Shown piece after piece: positions 11,100 to 18,333 of a stretch of DNA of 32,000 bases. Position 1 is the stretch's first letter; each line of letters begins with the position of its first letter. The notes below the pieces were generated by a model. That model had not been told where the DNA came from. It saw only the letters and a program-made list of their open reading frames with translations, and searched no databases. Made by a program: the position numbers and the translations under genes. The stretch spans positions 270,001 through 302,000 of the forward strand of contig NZ_AP013028.1 of assembly GCF_000829315.1 (NCBI RefSeq). The letters are read 5' to 3'. Source of the stretch: Wolbachia endosymbiont of Cimex lectularius (lineage in GTDB: Bacteria; Pseudomonadota; Alphaproteobacteria; Rickettsiales; Anaplasmataceae).

Positions 11100-11393
11100 G
11101 GAATTGCTTTATTTATGAATATTAATTAATATTACATTTGTATATGTCGATTAGCAACATTTTTAAACTGAGAGGGGATCTTTGATTGTGGTACATAGGT
11201 ATAAAGCATGCTAGCACCTATATAATGGTAACATCCACTTCCACGCATTGTTTCAATGTACAAGCCCAAATTGAAACAAAATCCTGCTTTATATTTCGAG
11301 ATAAATAGCTATAGTGAACTATCTCGCCATTTGATTTGGGTGTCCCAGTTCAACGTAGGATAGGTTGCTCATACATGTTTTTAATATTTCTTT

Positions 11394-11743
11394 TTATTTA
11401 TCACTATCCAGCTTGCTGCTGAATTTCTGACACTTTTCCTCGAGCGCTGCACGTACAGCGGTAATAAACATTACTGTTTCAGTTGAGAGTTCTGAAGAGC
11501 CTGCAAAGCTCTTCCGAATCGTTTCTTGTTCTCTTTCAGAAATTTTGCTTAGAACTTCCCTAGCTATTACAGGCAACCCTTGAGTGATTGTTTCTTCTAC
11601 CATTTTACTGGCTTCCTTTTCATCTAGCGTGATAACCACTGATGGGTGCAAACCAGATAAAGACTCAAATAGTTTGTTGTAAGTTCCACCAGCACAACTT
11701 TGACCTTTGTTACCATAAGTTGTTGCTGCATCTACAAGACTTC
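11394..11743 (-). pseudogene. C-terminal remnant of an uncharacterised protein, interrupted at its 5' side
   Basis: The reading frame extends past the called start to the IS edge (SLVDAATTYGNKGQSCAGGTYNKLFESLSGLVHPSVVITLDEKEASKMVEE...). Beyond the IS the frame meets a stop in the inverted-repeat arm. Confidence 0.5.
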
Positions 11744-11746
11744 TTA

Positions 11747-12606
11747 GAACCTGTTTAAAATCTTCGTAACAGGAGAGAAATGAAGGAGAGGACTATCATC
11801 TGTAAGCTAGTGTTGAGCTTCCGCTCGCAATTTTTCCACAATCGCCTGCACTTTTCTAACCAGGCAAAAGAGCGTTCAACAACCCATCTTTTTGGCAATA
11901 CGACGAAAGTGTGTAACTCACTTCGCTTTATTACTTCAACAGTCGCACCAATGATAGCTTTTATTTGTGTTGCAAAATTTTCTCCTGTGTAGCCAGCATC
12001 AACCAGTATGTTTTTAACTTCAGAGAGGTTTGCTTTAGCATTTTCGACCATTTTCACAGCACTGCTACGGTCAGTTGCTTCTGCCGTTGTTACATAAATT
12101 GCATGTGGCAAACCTTGTGTATCAACTGCAATATGGCGCTTTATCCCCGAAATCTTTTTACCTGCATCATAGCCTTTTTTTTCAGCAGTATCTGCGTTTT
12201 TAACGCTTTGAGAATCAATTATACAAAAGCTAGTTTTCTCTTTCCGACCATTGCTGATACGGACCTCTCCAACTAATTTTTTTTAAGACTAATTCCAACA
12301 AGCTTGGCTCTTCTCCACTCTTTTTACTCCACACTCAAAAATAGTAATATACGCTTTCCCATCTTGGAAAACCCTTTGGTAACATCCTCCACTGACAACC
12401 ACTTTTTAAGACGTACAACACCCCACAAAATACGTCATACAAATCAAGTTTTCTTGGTTTTGTTTTCTGCTTGCTACTCTCCAAAATTGGCCTGATTTTT
12501 TCAAACTGCTCTTGACTTATATTACTTGGATAACTTTTCTGCATAGACACCTCATTATTAATCTATGCTTACTTTACCTCACATTTCCAAGATTTTAAAC
12601 AGGTTC
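11747..12606 (-). mobile_element. IS5-family insertion sequence, copy A (860 bp), orfA disrupted
   Basis: Termini GAACCTGTTTAAAATC / GATTTTAAACAGGTTC; flanking TTA duplication (11744-11746, 12607-12609); transposase ORFs at 12335-12550 and 11755-12111. Premature TGA at 12335-12337 replaces the CGA seen in other copies. Confidence 0.95.
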
Positions 12607-13210
12607 TTAGACACAGCTAGGGTTATTCACGGCATTGTGAATAACCCTGTTGATAACCTGAAGACATAAACTTTTGTCACTTAAGCATTTTTGAGCACTA
12701 ATCTGGCGGCTGTGTTTCTCATATTTTCCATAATGTATATTATGTAATTTCTAATACTAAGGAAACCACTCCCCAACCTTTTAGGCAGCAAATTGTCGAA
12801 CCTCCAGATTAGCACTTAGGAGGAAGTGTTAAAGTGTCACTTTAGGTATTAAATTGTCACTTCAAAAGCACTTAAAATTTTTATCTTTTAGGAAAAAATT
12901 CCCAAGACTACCCCTTATATTGGCTTTTGTTAGGAAAATATTGAAATAGTAACTAAATGTGTAATCTTTTATACGGTTGTACTAGCTTGGCTCTCTCAAT
13001 GGTTGTTTCTTTTCTTTAAAAAATATTAAAATTAATATAACTTTTTAGAGTTATTCACAGCTTTTTTTGTCTCTATTATATTTATAATAGTATTTGGAGA
13101 TCATATATACTATGAATCTTCGAAGTACTCACAGCGCATAAAACTATGTATTCCACTGGGTTATCAACAGGGTTATTCACGGCATTGTGAATAACCCTAG
13201 CTGTGTCTAA
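12607..13210. repeat. Non-coding segment bounded by 52-nt inverted repeats, each containing a hairpin
   Basis: 12607-12658 TTAGACACAGCTAGGGTTATTCACGGCATTGTGAATAACCCTGTTGATAACC is the inverse of 13159-13210 GGTTATCAACAGGGTTATTCACGGCATTGTGAATAACCCTAGCTGTGTCTAA except for the 6-nt loop. Confidence 0.85.
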
Positions 13211-13274
13211 ATAAGAAAATTGGTATCTCGGTGAGAGGCAAGGAAGAAGGTCTTCCCTTCTTCCTTCTACTTAA

Positions 13275-14189
13275 CTATATTCTATAGGCAGGTACCTCGT
13301 TTTGTTCTTGTTCTTGTGCGTTAGTTTCTTCTAGTTTACTTGATACTGCATATGTAATACCACCAGCAATAAGTCCAACTCCCAGCGCAGCAGCTACAAT
13401 TATGCCAGCTATAGCCAATATTGGTAATGCAACACCGGTAGCAAAACATCCAACACCAACTGCCAATCCAGTTACAACACCACAAACACTACCAATTATT
13501 ATTGGTTTATTAGTAGTTTTTGTTGTGCTTTTGTCGTCAAAATCCGTTGAAGGTTGGGACATGTCATCATTTTCTTCTTTTAAAGTCGATGAAACCAATT
13601 GATCATCATCTACCTTTGCTTCATTTTCTATGTCCTTTTCAACTTGAAAAATTTTGTATAGCATATCATAATTTCCAGTTTCTCTTAGAGCAGCCTTCAG
13701 TTCTTTACAACCATCTTCTCCTATAAAGGGCAAAAGCTTTTCCAAGCCAGATAGATCTTTAAGTTTACTAATAATTGCGATAAAACACTTTTTCAAATTA
13801 CCACTTTCTTTGAATGCATTAGACAATATTAGCATCTCTTGTTTTTCTTTAAGTGGCGTCCCATCAAATTCTATAACATTCGGAAACTCTTCAGAGATAA
13901 CTTCTTCATCAGCACATATTATTTCTTCAAATGACATATTTTTCTCTTTCATTGCACCGAAAATAGCTTTCAAGCCTTCCTGACTTTGAATAACCGTAGC
14001 ATATAAAAACAGGTTTCCAGTTGTTTTTTCGCCACTTTTGAACCTTATAATTGTACCATCAGTAATGAGAACTTTTCGTAAATCATCTTTTGAAACTCCT
14101 TGTAGAACGCCAGCAAAGTTACCCGGACTGGTTATTGCGTCCTGTAACTTATCATATAATTTCCGTTGTTCTTCTGTTAAACCAGACAC
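13275..14189 (-). CDS. Hypothetical protein with C-terminal membrane hairpin (start taken at GTG 14189; the ORF track extends to 14246)
   Basis: Acidic soluble N-terminal region, then Gly/Ala-rich IIIGSVCGVVTGLAVGVGCFATGVALPILAIAGIIVAAALGVGLIAGGITYAV. Confidence 0.6.
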   Translation of the reverse strand: MSGLTEEQRKLYDKLQDAITSPGNFAGVLQGVSKDDLRKVLITDGTIIRFKSGEKTTGNLFLYATVIQSQEGLKAIFGAMKEKNMSFEEIICADEEVISEEFPNVIEFDGTPLKEKQEMLILSNAFKESGNLKKCFIAIISKLKDLSGLEKLLPFIGEDGCKELKAALRETGNYDMLYKIFQVEKDIENEAKVDDDQLVSSTLKEENDDMSQPSTDFDDKSTTKTTNKPIIIGSVCGVVTGLAVGVGCFATGVALPILAIAGIIVAAALGVGLIAGGITYAVSSKLEETNAQEQEQNEVPAYRI

Positions 14190-14353
14190 ATAGTTACCTC
14201 TATAAATACTCAGTCTAAGTATTACATATTTCAGCAAAAAAGTCAAGGAATGGGCAAGATACTGCGGTATCTACTATCAATAATCACACACGCTCAAACA
14301 AGAAAAAGGTGCCCGTGCTCGAACGGAAACGGCACTTACAGCGTCATTTTTCT

Positions 14354-14819
14354 TCAGTAGTTAATTATATACATATCGTCAGGACAAGGTATTCCAAGAC
14401 GATTTCTTTCACACCACCATAGGACACATTCGCTCACTACATCAGCTATATCATCTGAATGATTGATTTCTGTGTGGATCTTTTCAAATTCATCAAATGC
14501 TACATAATGAAAATCTCGATCTTCATTTTCAAGAAAGATATGGTGTTGTCCCACAAATTGATCACAAGCCTGAAATACTTCATCTTTTGCTCTTGTTCTT
14601 ATTGATCCATGAATTGTTGTATTTTGCAGCAGCGCATGTAAATCCGCCATAACCTTATAACCTATACCGTGTTTTCCACTACCACGGCATGTAGTCTATG
14701 TTCGTATTTCCTCAAAAACGCATGAATATCGTGTTCTAACGTAGCAGAATCGAGCTTTCTTGCCAGCAAGTCTATCCATACAGCACACCGTTTTGGTTCA
14801 TATAAAATATCACTCTTCA
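14354..14819 (-). pseudogene. Hypothetical protein, apparently frameshifted and cut by IS copy B
   Basis: 98-aa ORF 14354-14650. Another frame upstream codes without interruption to the IS edge (LKSDILYEPKRCAVWIDLLARKLDSATLEHDIHAFLRKYEH). That both belong to one gene is inference. Confidence 0.35.
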
Positions 14820-15681
14820 GAACCTGTTTAAAATCTTCGTAACAGGAGAGAAATGAAGGAGAGGACTATCATCTGTAAGCTAGTGTTGAGCTTCCGCTCG
14901 CAATTTTTCCACAATCGCCTGCACTTTTCTAACCAGGCAAAAGAGCGTTCAACAACCCATCTTTTTGGCAATACGACGAAAGTGTGTAACTCACTTCGCT
15001 TTATTACTTCAACAGTCGCACCAATGATAGCTTTTATTTGTGTTGCAAAATTTTCTCCTGTGTAGCCAGCATCAACCAGTATGTTTTTAACTTCAGAGAG
15101 GTTTGCTTTAGCATTTTCGACCATTTTCACAGCACTGCTACGGTCAGTTGCTTCTGCCGTTGTTACATAAATTGCATGTGGCAAACCTTGTGTATCAACT
15201 GCAATATGGCGCTTTATCCCTGAAATCTTTTTACCTGCATCATAGCCTTTTTTTTTTCAGCAGTATCTGCGTTTTTAACGCTTTGAGAATCAATTATACA
15301 AAAGCTAGTTTTCTCTTTCCGACCATTGCTGATACGGACCTCTCCAACTAATTTTTTTTAAGACTAATTCCAACAAGCTTGGCTCTTCTCCATTCTTTTT
15401 ACTCCACACTCGAAAATAGTAATATACGCTTTCCCATCTTGGAAAACCCTTTGGTAACATCCTCCACTGACAACCACTTTTTAAGACGTACAACACCCCA
15501 CAAAATACGTCATACAAATCAAGTTTTCTTGGTTTTGTTTTCTGCTTGCTACTCTCCAAAATTGGCCTGATTTTTTCAAACTGCTCTTGACTTATATTAC
15601 TTGGATAACTTTTCTGCATAGACACCTCATTATTAATCTATGCTTACTTTACCTCACATTTCCAAGATTTTAAACAGGTTC
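14820..15681 (-). mobile_element. IS5-family insertion sequence, copy B (862 bp)
   Basis: Same termini as copy A; ORFs 15305-15625 and 14828-15184. Internal T run is 10 instead of 8, breaking the orfB frame. Flanks are TCA and TAA, so there is no exact duplication. Confidence 0.95.
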
Positions 15682-15870
15682 TAAGATATTTAGCTGTAAA
15701 CCCTTACTTTACTATAAAGAGAATAGTTGAAAACTTAGGTGTTGCATTTACAACAGCCCAAAGAGCAGTCATGAAACTTGAAGATTTAGGCATTGTTTCA
15801 CAAACTTCTGAGGGAAAGAGAGATCGGGTTTACTGTGCAACTGATATTTTGAAGATTTTAGAATAGCCAC
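15682..15870 (+). pseudogene. C-terminal fragment of a winged-helix/Fic-family-like protein, 5' end missing at IS copy B
   Basis: Frame reads KRIVENLGVAFTTAQRAVMKLEDLGIVSQTSEGKRDRVYCATDILKILE*, resembling the C-terminal wHTH of Fic-family proteins. Confidence 0.5.
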
Positions 15871-16350
15871 TACCTACACCTAACACGTGTCTCAGTGATT
15901 ATGATATCTAATTTTTGGTCATGTTCTTCTATTGGCAGATTTTTGCAATATTGTTTTTCATAAGCTACACCTATAAATATTTTTCCAAGTGGCCGCAGCT
16001 CTTTTATTACCGTGTCATACCAACCACCACCAAAACCCAATCTATTGAGATGATCATCAAAAGCAATAACTGGAGTGATAATCGTGTCGGGGATTATATT
16101 TTTACCTGTTTTGTTCCATTCCTTAAACTTTGGCGACTTGTTTTCATCAGGAATTGCCACTTTATAGCCTAAATTGAGCAAATTATGCATCAAAGGTAAA
16201 ACATTTATCTCTCCATCAATGGAATGTAAGTCGCAATTGTTTTGCCTTTAATGTAACTTAAGTTCTGATTGAAGAGATTAACAAGAGAACTTGCTGCACA
16301 ATTGGAATAACTCTCATCAATATTTTTTTTTATAGCCCTATATTGCTCTC
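15870..16350 (-). pseudogene. 5-formyltetrahydrofolate cyclo-ligase, frameshifted
   Basis: Called ORF 15870-16193 has GFGGGWYD. The frame before ~16220 reads REQYRAIKKNIDESYSNCAASSLVNLFNQNLSYIKGKTIATYIP and the frame after it reads IDGEINVLPLMHNLL. Upstream boundary is approximate. Confidence 0.75.
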
Positions 16351-16370
16351 TTATTTTCTTTTTTTATTGT

Positions 16371-17027
16371 TTAATATCTTTGAACATGGTCTATCCATTT
16401 TGCAGTGAGTTTTTCTTGTAAGCTATTTTGTTTCAAGCGCTCACTTAGAAAATCAAAGTCAACAAGCTCCATATCCTGGTCTTGATTGCTGCAACTATAT
16501 ACATAATTCTCTTCTCCTGTTTTCATATTTACATGCCGCTGCACACACTGAGCGCAGATTTCTTTCATCATACACTGCATGGGAGAGTTGACCGATGATA
16601 TTGCCACGTGGCTAGATTTCAAATATGGTCTTAAAATTGTTTTTCTAGCTTCATTTACGGCCTTCATCATTTTATCAGAACCGATAGTAATAATTTTGTC
16701 TACAGCATCTAAATTAATCGTGTTATCGCCTAATATTCCCCTTTGATAAGAGATTATTGCATCAACTATATTTCCATGAAAGGATTTGTCTTGATCTCTG
16801 TTTGTTTTTATTAATCCTTCCTCGCATGCCCAAACTACCGCACTTGATGCACGTTCTATCAATGCTTGTTTAAATACATCATTTAATTTCCTATAGCCAG
16901 CAAAGTATAAAACCTTATTATTATTTTCAAGACAGGCCTTTCCTATTGAAAACAATACTGCATTTCCAACTCCACCACCAATTAGCATTATGTTTTTCAT
17001 GTTTTTGTTCTCGCATGCATACGACAC
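16371..17027 (-). CDS. NAD(P)-binding/C-terminal part of a ferredoxin-NADP reductase or glutamate synthase small-subunit-like oxidoreductase, probably N-terminally truncated
   Basis: KNIMLIGGGVGNAVLFSIGKACLENNNKVLYFAGY, followed by a Cys-containing CMMKEICAQCVQRH tail. No FAD-binding domain precedes it. Confidence 0.55.
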   Translation of the reverse strand: MSYACENKNMKNIMLIGGGVGNAVLFSIGKACLENNNKVLYFAGYRKLNDVFKQALIERASSAVVWACEEGLIKTNRDQDKSFHGNIVDAIISYQRGILGDNTINLDAVDKIITIGSDKMMKAVNEARKTILRPYLKSSHVAISSVNSPMQCMMKEICAQCVQRHVNMKTGEENYVYSCSNQDQDMELVDFDFLSERLKQNSLQEKLTAKWIDHVQRY

Positions 17028-17113
17028 GGAAAAGGGGGGATTCGAACCCCCGACATATTTTCATATGTGCACGCTTTCCAAGCGTGTGCTTTAGACCACT
17101 CAGCCACCTTTCC
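17027..17113 (-). tRNA. tRNA-Ser (anticodon GGA)
   Basis: GGAAAGGTGGCTGAGTGGTCTAAAGCACACGCTTGGAAAGCGTGTGCACATATGAAAATATGTCGGGGGTTCGAATCCCCCCTTTTCCG: 7-bp acceptor stem, ACGCTTGGAAAGCGT anticodon arm, variable arm, GGTTCGAATC T-arm. Confidence 0.95.
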
Positions 17114-17116
17114 ACA

Positions 17117-17959
17117 CTACTTATAATATTGAAAATTGTGCTGCTGAGCAAGTTCAAAACCAGGTACATAGGGTTCACCACGGAAATTTACAATATTGTG
17201 GAATTTGTTTTTACAAGTTGAAAATGTTTTATCGCAACCTGCGAGTATTGAATATTTATCCCCAACAGAAATTTGATATGGAGGCGAAGTAAATAATGTG
17301 ACTACTTTATTTCTGTGTTCCTTCACTATACCTTCAAACGCTGCGTGTGTTGCTGAATCAAAGAACTTCACTACTCCGTGCTTATAATATCCATCGCTCT
17401 CAGTTAAATTAGTGTCTTCGAATCTTCTTTCATCTATTACTTTAGTAATCGTGCTTATTCTACTGAACTTTTTAGCATCGGCTTTACACCTACCATCGCA
17501 AAATTGTGCTCTGCATACAGGGGAATATAATTCTGCTATGCTCCTCTCAAGCTTTGTCGCGAGCCCTCTAGTTTCAACAACAAATCTCCCGTTATTTAAA
17601 GTTACTTTACCGAAAGTTCCCAGGTGCAGATTCATCGTTCCCTGGTTCAAATCCTTGTAATTCACAAGAACTACTTCAATTTTTGCGAAGTCATACTTTC
17701 CCGACAAGACATCTTCTTCTTTAATGTCATCGTTATTTAATATTCCCTCAATTTCTAGGTTATCAGTCTTTAAGTCGCTGTTTAATATTATGCTACTAGC
17801 TGTAAATCCACTTGAAGATTTGTAGAGTATATTACCAATACTCAAATCTTCATCGTAATCAGTGAATCCCATTACTTTTCCACCTGCAAGCGTTAATTTC
17901 CAGCATGTAGCAATGGTAAGTAACTCTCCAGCTAAATGGTTTTTCAATGTGGTTTGCAT
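17117..17959 (-). CDS. DUF2163 / gene transfer agent-like phage protein
   Basis: 280 aa; WKLTLAGGKVMGFTDYDEDLSIGNILYKSSSGFTASSI and CRAQFCDGRCKAD, matching my recollection of the GTA/phage BR0599-like family. Confidence 0.75.
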   Translation of the reverse strand: MQTTLKNHLAGELLTIATCWKLTLAGGKVMGFTDYDEDLSIGNILYKSSSGFTASSIILNSDLKTDNLEIEGILNNDDIKEEDVLSGKYDFAKIEVVLVNYKDLNQGTMNLHLGTFGKVTLNNGRFVVETRGLATKLERSIAELYSPVCRAQFCDGRCKADAKKFSRISTITKVIDERRFEDTNLTESDGYYKHGVVKFFDSATHAAFEGIVKEHRNKVVTLFTSPPYQISVGDKYSILAGCDKTFSTCKNKFHNIVNFRGEPYVPGFELAQQHNFQYYK

Positions 17960-18044
17960 AGGTGCCTCCTATTTAATTGATTGAATTTGAAAACGGCAGA
18001 TAGATAAGTGGTTATCCCAGTTTTACCCATTATCTGAGTAGCTA

Positions 18045-18265
18045 TAAGGTGTCATTCCAGTGCGTGACACTGGAATCCAGCCCTTCTGCAATCTCACTGA
18101 AAACATTTTTTAGCATAAGTTAGCTACTTTTATACTAGTTTGCTTGCTTACAAGCAAACTTTCCTGGATCCCAGTATCTGAGCACTGGGATGACATCCTC
18201 CTGGTAGAAAATGTTCGTACAGTTGTGCATCACACACTGGAATGATACCCTATGTTGATTTGATC
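18045..18265. repeat. Palindromic intergenic repeat, related to 30843-31085
   Basis: TGTCATTCCAGTGCGTGACACTGGAATCCAG paired with CTGGATCCCAGTATCTGAGCACTGGGATGACA, then AATGTTCGTACAGTTGTGCATCACACACTGGAATGATACC. Confidence 0.8.
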
Positions 18266-18333
18266 AACAAATAAGCACTGAACATCAACAGACAGGACAT
18301 ACACCACATTCAATTGTGGTGTATGTTAGCCAA

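Noticed and set aside
12831-12861. Repeated (G/T)TGTCACTT motif considered as a short CRISPR-like or iteron array
   Set aside because: Only about three irregularly spaced short matches in AT-rich sequence, with no regular repeat-spacer structure.
14853-15065. Recurring 60-73-aa ORFs (MKERTIICKLVLSFRSQ..., MCCKIFSCVASINQY..., MALLHSFYSTL...) in every IS copy
   Set aside because: These lie antisense to the transposase frames and repeat only because the IS repeats.
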